64,000 bases of DNA from Octopus vulgaris. Lineage: Eukaryota. Positions 11,603-24,405 of the stretch are shown in pieces (position 1 is the stretch's first letter; each line of letters opens with the position of its first letter). Under the pieces are notes generated by a model. That model was not told the DNA's origin, ran no database searches, and was given only the letters and a program-made list of their open reading frames with translations. The stretch lies in assembly GCA_951406725.2 (NCBI GenBank), contig OX597818.1, forward strand, positions 49,600,001-49,664,000, read 5' to 3'. A program made the position numbers and the translations under genes.

Positions 11603-12741
11603 AAATACTATATATACATATATTTATAACCCTGTAATCTGTATTTACTCTTTAGTTGTTGCTATTGGTATTTTTTGTTGTTGTTTTGTTATTGTTTAGC
11701 CCCAAGTTGGTTTTGATTGAACTGACCTAAGATCAGAAACACAAGCAGTGACCATCCATCTTGGAATAGTGTATATCAAACCCATTTTTTCAGTTTAATA
11801 GAATATGGTTTGAATGAATTCAGCTGCTATTTCTCGAAGGTTTTGCAACCACATAGTCTCTCTGTCTCTGTTTCTCTCTCCCCCTCTCTCTCTTTCTTCC
11901 TCTCTCTCTCTCCTTCTTCCACTCTCTCTCCTTCTTCCTCTCTCTCTCTCCTTTTTCCTCTCTCTCCCTCTCTAGCACATTGAACCTTTAGTCAGAATAT
12001 GAAGTAGGCCATTGTAAAACACTAACTGTTGAGAAAGAGATATAATTGTCACTTTATAGTGTGTCACATTTTTTGTCTTGTCTTTTATTCTGGGAAATGT
12101 GGGGTAGTCTTTAGCACAGCCTGTCTACACAGAATGAATAAATATAAATATATAAATAAATAAATAAATGAAAGAAAGAACAAAAAAGAAAGAAAGAAAC
12201 TGTAAGGAAAGTTTTGCTTTTAAAGTGAAACTCGAGAAACTATTTCATGAAACATAATGCTTTTCAACATCAGCATCATCAGTGTTATCATCATCATCAT
12301 CATCATCATCGTTTAACGCTCCACTAGCTCCACTAGCACGGATGCCAGTCATCAAATTTGATTTCGATTTCGATCATTGTTTATATTCCATGGTTGTATA
12401 AGTTGAACAGTTTGATTAAATCCAAAGGGGTCTAAGGAGATCATTGTGCTCCAGTGTCTGCTTTGGCATGGTTTCTATGGCTTGATGCCCTTCCTAATGC
12501 CAACCACTCTGAATTGAGTACTAGGTGCCTTTTTTTCATGCCACCAGTACAAATGAGGTTCCAATGAAGCTTGCAAGACTGCAGACCTCAAAAGGAGATG
12601 CAGCTTTATGCTAGGAGATGAAAGGTTAAAGTATGAGAGAGAGGGACCAGAACAGAATAGGATTTTTGCTGCAGAGGGGCTACATGATTACTCATATTTT
12701 TGAAGTTACATAGGGTATTTTGGTTGGTGCTGTTGCTGTTG

Positions 12742-13110
12742 AGCGAATGGTCTATGTCCCAGAGCTCTCGCAAGATGGGAGAAGTCTGAAATGTGGTCCT
12801 TTGCTATTCGTAAGACCCGCAGAAGAGAAAGTAGGTCAACTCCCGACACCGAGAGCATCGACGGATGGATGAATGCGCATCCAGGCTCAGCAGTTGTGTA
12901 GGAAGTCAGGGACAAGAAACAGGAAGAAAGAGTGGGAGAAAGTTGGGGCGAAAGAGTACAACAGGGGTCGCCACCACCCCCTGCTGGAGCCTCATGGAGC
13001 TTTAGGTGTTTTCGCTCAATGAACACACACAACGCCCGGTCTGGGAATCAAAACCGCGATCCTCCGACCGCGAGTCCACTGCCCTAACCACTGGGCCATT
13101 GTGCCTCCAT
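12742..13110 (-). mobile_element. tRNA-derived SINE, family D variant, CpG-rich (probably young)
   Basis: Minus-strand head tggcccagtggttagggcagtggactcgcggtcggaggatcgcggtttgattccc; TSD ttgctgttg. Confidence 0.85.
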
Positions 13111-13336
13111 TTGCTGTTGGTACTTAACCCTTAGTCGGTCCTGATTGAACAGACCTATAATGAAGGCATTACATCTGTAAGCATTCTGTCTTTTAATTTG
13201 GTACATGGAATCCAAGACCACATTATGCAATGTATTCTTTACTAAGATGGTGTGGTGTGATTTGAGGTTTAATTCTTCATTGGTTCAATACAGTTTTAAT
13301 CAAATAGAATGGAGGAATATAGGTTATATGATCCAA

Positions 13337-13885
13337 CATCATCATCATCGTTTAACATCCGCTTTCCATGCTGGTTTGGGTTGGATGGTTTGATTGAAGT
13401 CTGGCAAGCCAAGAGACTGCACCAGGCTCCAATCTGATCTGGCAAGGTTTCTACAATTTGATGTCCTTCCTAATGCCAACCACTCTAAGATTGCAGTGGG
13501 TGCTTTTTTACGTGCCACCAGCACAAGGCCAGTCAGGTGGCACTGGCATCGACCACATTCGAATGGTGCTTTTTACGTGTCACCAGCACGAGGGCCAGTC
13601 AGGTGGCACTGGCATCGACCACACTTGAATGGTGCTTTTTACATGCCACCGGCACAGGGGCCAGTCAGATGGCACTGGCATCGACCACACTCAAATGGTG
13701 ATTTTTAAGTGTCACCAGTACAAGGGCCAGTCAGGTGGCACTGACATCGACCACACTTGAATGGTGCTTTTTACGTGCCACTGGCATGAGGGCCAGTCAG
13801 GTGGAACTGGCATCGACCACACTCGAATGGTGCTTTTTACGTGTCACCAGCACGGGTGCCAGTCAGGTGATACTGGCATCAGCCA
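13337..13885 (-). mobile_element. Family C element with an expanded 66-bp tandem array
   Basis: (CAT)n tail at the left; units start at about 13499, 13565, 13631, 13697, 13763 and 13829. Confidence 0.9.
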
Positions 13886-14214
13886 TGACAACAATTTCAC
13901 TTGTTAAATATCTGTCAACAAAATTTCATTGTGAAGAAACTTTGTAATCCATATTCTTCTTTTCTGTTTCTTTTTCATTAAACTGCAGCCATGTTGAATT
14001 ATCACCATTAATGTTACTTTAGTTAATTATATTAACACCAGCACTTCATATACTTATTTTAATGGTCTTGGAATGAAGGAAAGGAAGGTGATCTGGGTGA
14101 AGTTTGAATTCAGCGTGTTAAGGGATGTAACCAAATACCACAAGGTATTTTGTTACATGTTCTACCAATTCAGCTAATCTACCACAATATAAATAGAAAT
14201 AACCATGAACCATT

Positions 14215-14692
14215 AAGATTGGAGCCTGGTGCAGCCATCTGGTTCGCCAGCCCTCAGTCAAAATCGTCCAACCCATGCTAGCATGGGAAGCGGACGTTAA
14301 ACGATGATGATGATGATGATGATAAGAGAGATTTGGTGGAAATAACAGACAAATCTCAATCAAATCTCATCATGTCTTAAAAAAAAAATGGATAGATTCA
14401 TCATCATCATCGTATAACGTCCGTTTTCCGTGCTAGCATGGGTTGGACGGTTTGACCGGGGTCTGGGAAGCCAGGAGGCTGCACCAGGCTCCAGTCTGAT
14501 CTGGCAGTGTTTCTACATCTGGATGCCCTTCCTAATGCCAACCACTCCGTGAGTGTAGTGAGTGCTTTTTACGTGCCATAGGGAGTCTGGCAGCGGCAAC
14601 GATCAGTTGGTGCTTTTTACGTGCCACCAGCACAGAAGCCAGTCAAGGCGGCGCTGGCATCGGCCACGTTCGGATGGTGCTTTTTATGTGCC
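14215..14692. mobile_element. Two family C copies in opposite orientation (14215-14322 plus, 14398-14692 minus)
   Basis: Family C motifs with (GAT)n and (CAT)n tails. Confidence 0.85.
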
Positions 14693-15580
14693 GAATAATA
14701 TAATCTTCGATATACTGTGTCTGAATGGAAAACAGGATGATTGTTGTCAAAATACCTTAGCTCACAGGCTTCTGGATCAGAGCTGACCTGGGGCTAAACA
14801 ATTACAACACACACACACACACATATTAATGCATGTTTTTATGTTCACTTATATAAAAGAGGTTTTACATTAACAGGAAAGATTACTCCATACTTTTGTA
14901 GAGTACAAATTTATTATTCACAAACAGAAATAGTACTGACAGTGACTTCGAAGTTTCGGCCGGTTATTTCAGAGGGGCCATTGCTTACTTTAGCTATTAC
15001 AAATGAGAAACAGTAATAATCATAACCTTCTGGAGCTCATTCTTCTTCGCCCCACATTTTTTTCTCAGTAGCTACTTCTATCTTACTCTCTTTCTCTTTC
15101 TATCTCTGTTTCTCTCTCTCTCATTCATTAATTTTTCCTTCTTTTCCTCCCCTCCTGTTTCTTGTTAATTCCCTCCTCCTCTCTCTCTCCTGTCCCCTAT
15201 TTCCCTCTGTCCCCCTGTTTTTCTGTATCTGACTACCTTCTCATTGTCTCTAGATAACACACATGGAAACATTTTCATTTTATGGCTTACTTAGTCAGAG
15301 CCGAATTGGAAATGCCCATGGTAATTTTAAAGGGCCTTTGAGACTGGTGTAGGGGAAGAAAGAAAGATCTTGTCATCTTCCAACAGGAGACCTGGTCTAA
15401 GTGCTTAATGCACAATAAATGCTCCCAATGGACAGATTGAATCTACCATAATCAGTGAACAGTTTTATAATAATCTCTGATGGTATTTATCCTTTACTCA
15501 TTCTAACTCCTGTTCACTTACTTTCTGTTTTACGGCCTTCCCTATCTTCACCTCCATCACCAACTCTTTAGTTGCCAATA

Positions 15581-15914
15581 AGTGAGGACGCGTGGCTTAG
15601 TGGTTAGGGCATTCGGCTCATGATCGTAAGGTTGTGAGTTCGATTCCCGGCGACGCGTTGTGTCCTTGAGCAAGACACTTTATTTCACGTTGCTCCAGTC
15701 CACTCAGCTGGCAAAAATGAGTTGTATTTGTATTTCAAAGGGTCAGCCTTGTCACTCTCTGTGTCACGCTGATTATCCCCGAGAACTACGTTAAGGGTAC
15801 ACGTGTCTGTGGAATGCTCAGCCATTTGCACGTTAATTTCACGAGCAAGCTGTTCCGTTGATCGTATCAGCTGGGACCCTCGTCGTCGTAACCGGCGGAG
15901 TCTTTTTTTTTTTA
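15581..15914 (+). mobile_element. tRNA-derived SINE family E with oligo-T tail
   Basis: Head gtggcttagtggttagggc..gagttcgattccc, core gtgtccttgagcaagacactt, 11-bp TSD agttgccaata; decayed copy at about 41955-42150. Confidence 0.88.
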
Positions 15915-16100
15915 AGTTGCCAATAGTGTTGTAGTTCATTTTTAAAACCCTTTCGTTACCGTATTTATTTTGAGATGCTCTATATTTCATTCAGTTAATT
16001 TTAATTATAACGAGGAATTTAGTAAAAGAACTTAGTTATCATTAGGCTTGTGTTGGGAACATAAATTGTGACTAAGGTTTGGTGGAAGATTTTAATTCAA

Positions 16101-16640
16101 TATTGTTGTATTTAGGAATGGTCATTTTGCCAGTTTAGCCAATAAAAACACATGCACTATATATTTGATGTTACTTTGCTTCAACGTTATTTATTTTTTA
16201 TTTTTTACATTAATCTTAATCTTATTTTGACCAGAGTTCTTTCGTCACACTCCTGTGACCTCATCAGTGGTCCTTTGCTTTTTCTTTCTTATTTGTGTGT
16301 CTCTCCTTACTAATGGTCAGCCATTTTGTATTTTGTATTCCTATTGTATACAAAATGGCTGACCGTTTGTAAGGAGAGGCACACAAATAAGAAAGAAGAA
16401 AGCAAAGGACCACTGATGCGGTCACAGGATTGTGATGAAAGAACTCTGGCCGAAATAAGATTAAGATTAAGATTAATGTAAAAAATAAATAATGCTGAAG
16501 CAAAGTAACACCAAATATATAGTGCATGTGTTTTTATTAGCTAAACTAGCAAAAATGACCATTCTTAAATACAACAATATCTGTTTCAACACACGATTTC
16601 ACATCAAAAATCTTGCAAAACAAATATATTTAATTCAATA
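16101..16640. mobile_element. Fold-back (palindromic) Penelope-like insert
   Basis: Inverted arms of about 235 bp (16101-16579), a unique tail of about 50 bp, and a duplicated tttaattcaata at both junctions. Confidence 0.8.
16229..16272 (-). ncRNA. Minimal type I hammerhead ribozyme motif
   Basis: Minus strand: gacca-CTGATGA-g-gtcac-aggagt-gtgac-GAAA-gaac-TC-tggtc. Stem I is 5 bp, stem II is 5 bp, the core is intact and stem III is very short. Confidence 0.75.
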
Positions 16641-17355
16641 CTTATGAAAGTAAGACATTTGTACTACAGAGCCAGAGGCAGTTTTGGCCGGGTTGGTATC
16701 AAAAGGGTTAATGTGTTACAGTTTACTTTCATTCGTTTCTTTGAAGGCAAGTCTGACCATGAGGAAATATTGCCTTGCTTAGAAATAGGTGAGGATGGAG
16801 ACAAGAAAGGCATCTAACTGTAGAAAATCTGCCTCCATAAAGTCTGTCTGACCCATGCAAATATGGATAGGTAGACATTAAAATGATGTTGATGATGATA
16901 ATAATGATTAAATTATAATTTAAGATTTTAAGCAAAGATTATGATTTAAGTTTTAAAGATTTTTCTGCAATACAACGATAGACATGAAAGCAAATGAGAT
17001 GATATTATTAGCGGAAGAAACTCTTTATTTATCTGACAAATTAATCAGACACCAGCCACATGGAAAAACAATAGTTAAGTTGGTGTTATCACAAAGCTAA
17101 TTAGAAATAATTATGTAGGAGGCAAAGACAATATCATTCAATAACTAATATTATTTTAATCATTCTGGCATGCATGGGAGACAAAATATCAACTTCACAT
17201 TATTTGTCGAGGAAGCAATGGGAGCATCGCTATGTAAATGTAAACTACTGTTGTTGAGCTGCTGTAAAAATTGGCACATTTTTTAGAGAATAAATTACTC
17301 AGTGGTGTCATCTGCATGAGAAACAATAGTCAAGTTAATGACAACATATATAATA

Positions 17356-17610
17356 CTCTTTTACTCTTTTACTTGTTTCAGTCATTTGACTGTGGCCATG
17401 CTGGAGCAGTGCCTTTAGTTGAGCAAATTGACCCCAGGACTTATTCTTTGTAAGCCTTGTACTTATTCTGAACACGTGTTCGTATATACAGCAGACTTCC
17501 ACACAATTTCTATCTACCAAATTCCCTCACAAGGAACTGGTTGGCCTGGGGTTATAGTAGAAGGCACTTGCCCAAGGTGCTGTGCAGTGGGACTGAACCT
17601 GAAACCACAT
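17356..17610 (-). mobile_element. SINE family A, internally rearranged partial copy
   Basis: Family A tail and head motifs. Confidence 0.8.
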
Positions 17611-17779
17611 ACTGATATTTTTTTCAGGGAATCGATTTTTGGTAAGCAAACCCTTTTAATTCGTGACCTTTTCAATATCGCTTGTAGATGATGCTCCAAG
17701 CCTTTTTACTTCTCCAATTTTTTTATTTTTTTGATTGGTCTAATGGGCTGTACCTGTTGACCTTTGCAGGGCTTCTGAG

Positions 17780-17960
17780 ATTGTTAACGCAGACGTGATT
17801 AATATTCCTCTTGAACAATTGCATGTTAATGGTTGTAGGAAAATGATGTGCATGGAAGGAATTCCAGGGAAAAACAGGATTGGACGTAGAGGTTAGCACA
17901 GAGCCTGAGGTGGACACGTAGTATGGGTGATGAGAGGAAGAGAGTCAAGTGAGTCAGGAC
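17780..17960 (-). pseudogene. LINE (CR1/L2/Jockey group) 3'-end fragment
   Basis: The translation WNSFHAHHFPTTINMQLFKRNINH resembles the WNxLP..FK C-terminal motif of these LINE ORF2 proteins. Confidence 0.5.
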
Positions 17961-17989
17961 TGCTTGAGTGGCAGCAGGAGCAAGTACTG

Positions 17990-18032
17990 CAATGGTGGTG
18001 GTGGTGGTGGCAGCGGCTGTAGCTGTGGCAAC

Positions 18033-18082
<50 letters not shown>

Positions 18083-18256
18083 CGGTACGTTAGTAGTGGT
18101 GGTGGTGGTGGTGGTGGTGGTGGTGGTAGTAGTAGTAGTTGTAGTAGTAGTAGTAGTAGTGGTGGTGGTGGTGGTGGTGGTAGTAGTGGTAGCGGTAGTA
18201 GTTGTAGTAGTAGTAGCGGTAGTAGTTGTAGTAGTAGTAGTGGTAGCGATAGCAGC

Positions 18257-18288
<32 letters not shown>

Positions 18289-18373
18289 TAGTAGCAGCAG
18301 CAGCAACAGTAGTAGTAGTGGTGGTGGTAGTAGTGGTAGCGGTAGCGGTAGTAGTAGTAGCAGCAGCAGCAAC

Positions 18374-18406
<33 letters not shown>

Positions 18407-18553
18407 GGTGGTGGTGGTAGTAGTGGTGGTGGTGGTGGTGGTGGTGGTAGTGGTAGCGGTAGTAGTTGTAGTAGTAGTAGCGGTAGTAGTAGTAATAGCA
18501 GTAGTAGTAGTAATAGCAGTAGTAGTAGTAGTAGTAGTAGCAGCAGCAGCAAC

Positions 18554-18603
<50 letters not shown>

Positions 18604-18613
18604 CAGCAGCAAC

Positions 18614-18667
<54 letters not shown>

Positions 18668-18668
18668 T
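17990..18668. repeat. Compound trinucleotide array (GTA/GTG/GCA)n, about 680 bp
   Basis: Directly visible; recurring higher-order blocks gcagcagcaacagta and gtggtagcggta. Confidence 0.97.
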
Positions 18669-19134
18669 ATAGAAAGAGGCAGATGGAGAAAGAGACAGCA
18701 CATCTGTGAGAAAGAAGTTGAGATGTGTTGGTGAGTGACTCCACACTCATTCAGTCATGTAGCCTTTCTTTGGATGTGTGTGTGTGTGTGTGTATGTGTG
18801 TGTGTGTGTGTGTTTATAGTAGCAAGCAGCATCCTTCCCAGGTATTCCTTGTGGATCTCATCTGAGCTTTGTAAATGGTGAGTAGTTTATTAGAAGATGA
18901 AGTATTAATAGCAGTTAGAAGTTTGATGCTACAGCTTAAAGAATAGAAAGTTCAATCAGGAAGAAATGTGATGCCTTTTAAAAGAATGTGAAAGTTGTTA
19001 TGGTTATTGGATCTGGTCAAGAAGGAATGGAAGGGAATTTTGAAAAGCATATGCTTCTGGGTTCAGTCCCACTTCGGGTAAGTGTCTTCTACTATAGCCC
19101 GGGCCTTAGTAGATGAAAACTGAAAGAAACCCAC

Positions 19135-19735
<601 letters not shown>

Positions 19736-21405
19736 TTAATAGAGGTCATAAAAGTGGCGGAGGGTACTGATGAGCATCAGCTTTTGCTAGAAACAAGTGT
19801 TAAAATAACTCAAAAGCCACAAAGCACTGTACTTAATGACTGACAAAGGCAGGTAAGTCCCCAGCGAATATAGCTGGATCGAATGATTTCAGATTTTGAG
19901 GCATAGCATCTTAATCCTTGTCACCGACTCTTAACGCCTAGGGTTAAACTCAACAACCCCTGTGAATCTTATAAGAAAAACCATTGAAAATCTGCACTGA
20001 TTTTCAGAGCAGTAAAAGTCTAAACAACAAATTAAATGGGTGGTTTTTTAGCAATTTGAACCTAAAGGCAAAATTGATAGAGGTCACACAGGTGACAGAG
20101 GTTACTGACCGGCACCAGCTATTGCTAGAAACAAGTGCAGTGCTTTGTGGCTTTTGAAGTATTTTAACTCTTATTTCTAGCAATAGCGGATCTGGTCAGC
20201 ACCTGCCATCACTTTTGTAATCTCTTATTATAAAAGGCAGATTTTATCTGCCTCCCTTTGGGAGTTATACAAATCTACAATATAGGATTTCTTCAATTAC
20301 AATTTACCTAGCATTTTTGAGAGTACAATGCATCGCGTCATGCCAGGTCCAGTTTTTAAAATTTAAACTCCAATTAAGCAAAATTTACAGAAAACTCACA
20401 TTCTGGTGTGTGTGTCAAATGCTTTTCTTAGTCTGGTTTACACCACACGCAAACGCACACACACAGTGTGCGACGAATAAAATGAAAGTAAATGTAATAT
20501 TTGTTTCTGTCTATCACGCTGATAGATACATGAGTAAAATGTATGGGAAGCTAACAGATAACAGTGAGTGAAAATGTTCTTGGAAGAGAGTAAATTAGCG
20601 ACAGAGTGATTTGAGCAAGACTAAACTGAAAGTATGAAACAGTGTTTATGTATAAACAGACGACACTTATATAAACCCTTTCGTTACCAAACCGCCCGAA
20701 TTTACCTATTCATATTTAAATGAGAATATCAGAGTAAATCTCTTTAGTACATTCGTGAAAACACGTATTATACTTCGTAAACACTTCAAATACAGTTTTG
20801 TACAAAAATCGAAGTGTAATTTTAATTCCGTGAATTATGGGAGATTTTTTTCCGAAATTTGTTCCTATTGTGTTTTCAAAATTTGTAATTCTGACAAAAA
20901 ATGGATACGAATTTTATTATATCAAGCAGCGAGTCAGAATTCGAAGGATTTTCTACTGAAGACCTTCATAAATCTAACTCTATGACTGAAAACAAAAACC
21001 ATCTTTATATAAGAGTGAAGCTGTGTGTCTGTCCCCTTCGATTTAGATTCGTAACTACTCCCACATTTTGCGGTGCAGTTTAACCAAAAGCGGGTATCTT
21101 ATAGTCGTGATTCATATCGAGCCCTTCTGGGTATTAGTGCGCGTCTACGATGAGTCTACGATTTAAAAAAAATTTACCATCATATTTTTCCATTTTAATG
21201 CATTTTTTTCGCTTTTATATAAGGAAGTAACTCTCTAAAAATATATACGATGTGTCAACGATTTAAAAAAAAATTTACCTTAATTTTTTTTCAATTTTTA
21301 ATGCATTTTTTTGCTATTTTTTGGCTATAACTCTCTAAAAATGCTTATATAGTTATTTCCCTTACAACCCGAGCAACGCCGGGCGATACTGCTAGTCTCT
21401 ATTAA
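19736..21405. mobile_element. MITE with imperfect TIRs of about 95 bp; right TIR split by a Helitron
   Basis: The left end ttaatagaggtcataaaag matches the reverse complement of the rejoined right end cttttgtaa|tctctattaa. The arms share ttgctagaaa..gttaaaata..caaaagccacaaagcactg. Confidence 0.75.
20221..21395 (+). mobile_element. Composite non-autonomous Helitron (1175 bp, two 5' ends)
   Basis: Outer TC start at 20221, inner TC start at 21002, a single hairpin+CTAG end at 21395; inserted at A20220^T21396 without a TSD. Confidence 0.88.
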
Positions 21406-21965
21406 TTTTGACTTGGATGTGATTTGGCTCCCTTAGAGTGTAAAGAATTAAGGGTCAAAACACTTTCATGAGGTGGGGGGCTTCTTCTCTGAAGACCTTC
21501 AGCTGTTTGAGTCTCTCTAGAGTTTCTTCCTAAGGAAAAGTTGTTATTGTTATTGCTGTTTAGCCCAAGGCAGATCAGCTCAGATTCAGAAGATCTATCA
21601 TGAAACATATTCTTATGATGAATATCCTTTTTTTGTTTTAAGGCATAGTCTACTTAAAATAAGCCATCCAAAGTGTCCTGTTTTTATGACAGTGAGTTGT
21701 AATTGAAGAATTTTGATACTACTTCTAGCCATTCAAGTAGTTGCATACAGATTCTGTCATTGGTTTGGAGCATTTTTATTATTATTGTTTAACTTGTGTA
21801 TTGGCAGAATTGTATTTTGTTTGGCACTTTATATTCTGAGTTCAAGTCCTTCTGAGGAAAGCTTTGCATTTCCTCCTTTCTGGGGTTGATGAAAGAGAGT
21901 AACTGTCAAGAACTAGGATTGATTTCATTGCCTAATCTTTCCTTCACAAAAATGTTAGCCTTGTG

Positions 21966-22302
21966 CATCATCATCATCATCATCATCATCGCTTAATGTC
22001 CGCTTTCCATTCTAGCATGGGTTGGATGATTTGACTGAGGTCTGGCGAACCAGATGGCTGCACCAGTCTCCAATCTGATCTGGCAGAGTTTCTACAGCTG
22101 GATGTCCTTCCTAACACCAACCACTCCGAGAGCGTAGTGGGTGCTTTTACGTGCCACCAGCACGAGGGCCAGTCAGGCGGTACTGGCAACAGCCATGCTC
22201 AAATGGTGCTTTTTATGTGTCACCTGCACAGGGGCCAGTCCAGTGGCACTGGCAACGACCTCGCTCGAATGTTTTTTCATGTGCCGCCAGCACAAGTGCC
22301 AG
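21966..22302 (-). mobile_element. Family C retroposon
   Basis: (CAT)n tail plus family body. Confidence 0.9.
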
Positions 22303-23021
22303 TATAGAAATTATTATTGTTGCTTACCCTCAGATCATCTCTGATCAAACATACATATGATCAAATGTATTTGAGCAATATCATAGTTTTAAGGGTATCT
22401 AAGAGTACATTATTTAATGTCTTCTAGTTTTTTTGTGTTTAAAGAAGTTGTGATTTAAAGAGATTTGACTGCTATTTATAGCAAGTGAAACAACCACATT
22501 CTATTATCTCAGTGAGTAACTAACTATAGTGGGTATCAGTAGTCAGGCAAAATGCTCAAATTTTCAAAATTTCAAGCAAAGGCTGGTAGCTTATTATTCA
22601 GAAACAACAAATCTTTTTGCACAACTTGATACATATCATTTGCCAAATATGAATATTACAAGGCATTAAATAATCTTCAGAACTAACAAACCTGTGAAGC
22701 ACCTCACATCAAGTTCTTATTAAGTGAAGCACAAGTTCTTATCAACTCAGTTGATAAACCATAACTCACTTTTGATGCTTGAAATCAATTGTATCAGTTT
22801 ACTAGAATACCACTGGGTGTTACGAATAGCATTGATTGTTTCCGAAACATAATGGACTCAGTTATTGAAGAGAAAAAATTAACAGTAGTCTTCATTATAT
22901 TTAGGCATAGTCATGGATGTCTAGTTAAGAAGCTTGCTTTATAACCACTTAGTTTTGAGTTCAATCCCACTGTATGGTACCTTTGGTGTATTTAACTAGA
23001 GGCCCAGGCCAACCAATAGCT

Positions 23022-23300
23022 TCATCATCATCATCATCATCATCATCATCGTTTAACGTCTGCTTTCCATGCTAGCATGGGTTGGACGATTTTGACTGAG
23101 GGCTGGCAAACCAGATGGCTGCACCAGGCTCCAATCTTGATCTGGCAGAGTTTCTACAGCTGGATGCCCTTCCTAATGCCAACCACTCCGAGAGTGTAGT
23201 GGGTGCTTTTTACATGCCACCAGCACGGGGGCCAGTCAGGCGGTACTGGCAATGACCTCGCTCGAATCTTTTTACATGTGCCACCAGCACAGGTGCCAAG
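23022..23300 (-). mobile_element. Family C retroposon
   Basis: (CAT)n tail plus family body. Confidence 0.9.
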
Positions 23301-24038
23301 TGTAATTTAATATATAAAAGCCCATTGGAGTGACTATTTCTTTTCTTGGGTGGCAGATTTGATCTGTAACTAAGTTTAAATCTACCCCTACAACTTAATT
23401 CATAGGGACCTTAAACAAAATTCACTCTGTTGTAAATGTCCGGGTCCAGCCTCTAATTTGAAGATAAATTCCTTCCTTCCTTTCACTAATCTCAGAGGCC
23501 CTGAGAAAAGAGCATTCAGCACCCCTAAAGAATGTTGACAACTGCTGGTGTTCTTCCTTTGACTGAAGTAGACGGAAAAAAATTTTAAAAGATTGTTATT
23601 CTTCAATATTGATATTAAATATCTTCCTCTAAGCAACAATAGTAATTAATAACCATTGGCAATTATTCCCAAATAAAGTTGGATACATTCACATTTCATG
23701 TTGCTAACATGGCTGCTTCAGCTGCTATTTCATGTCTGACCCAGTTAGTTGCAGTATCCAGAATGTCATTTTATATCCAATCTGATAAGGACACATCTTC
23801 TGGGAGTATTGTGAAAATGTCTCACTGATCAGGCTAGGAAAAGCAGTACATATGACCCTGTTCAGGTCACCCCAGTCATCATGACTGGCAGGAGGAAGTG
23901 GGGAAGTTATCTTTTGACTGGAAACCAAGAATGAATGCTTGTAACTGAGGGAACTTTGCCAAAGCTACCCAAGGATGAAGTAGTAGTGTTAAACGAAGTA
24001 ATACTTTAAGTCTATAACCGATATGAAGGGACAACAGT

Positions 24039-24405
24039 CATCATCATCATCATCAACATCGTTTAACGTCCGCTTTCCATGCTAGCATGGGTTGGACGAT
24101 TTTGACTGAGGGCTGGTGAACCAGATGGCTGCACCAGGCTCCAATCTTGATCTGGCAGAGCTTCTACAGCTGGATGCCCTTCCTAATGCCAACCACTCCG
24201 AGAGTGTAGTGGGTGCTTTTTACGGGCCACCGGTACAGGGGGCCAGTCAGGCGGTACTGGCAACAACCTCACTCGAATCTTTTTACACATGCCACCAGCA
24301 CAGGTGCCAGTAAGGTGACGTTGGTAATGATCACGCTCAAATGGTGCCCTTTTACGTGGCACTGGCACGGAAGCCAGTTGGCTGCTCTGACAATGATCAT
24401 GCTCA
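24039..24405 (-). mobile_element. Family C retroposon
   Basis: (CAT)n tail plus family body with subrepeats. Confidence 0.9.

Larger units (their letters stand above)
15948..16707. mobile_element. piggyBac-type MITE carrying a nested fold-back insert
   Basis: CCCTTT..AAAGGG ends with TTAA on the right; uninterrupted 220-bp copy at 32792-33011. Confidence 0.85.

Noticed and set aside
13499-13885. CRISPR-like regular 66-bp periodicity with palindromic units (also 31527-32050)
   Set aside because: The whole unit is repeated, with no unique spacers and no cas genes; the context is a eukaryotic retroposon.
17893-18746. Long ORFs (poly-Leu, poly-Val, poly-Thr, poly-Tyr/His)
   Set aside because: They are translations of a trinucleotide microsatellite, open in several frames on both strands.
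19765-19797. ctgatgagca..tgctagaaac as a hammerhead
   Set aside because: Two extra bases precede GAAA, there is no stem I, and the homologous TIR copies lack the core; probably chance.
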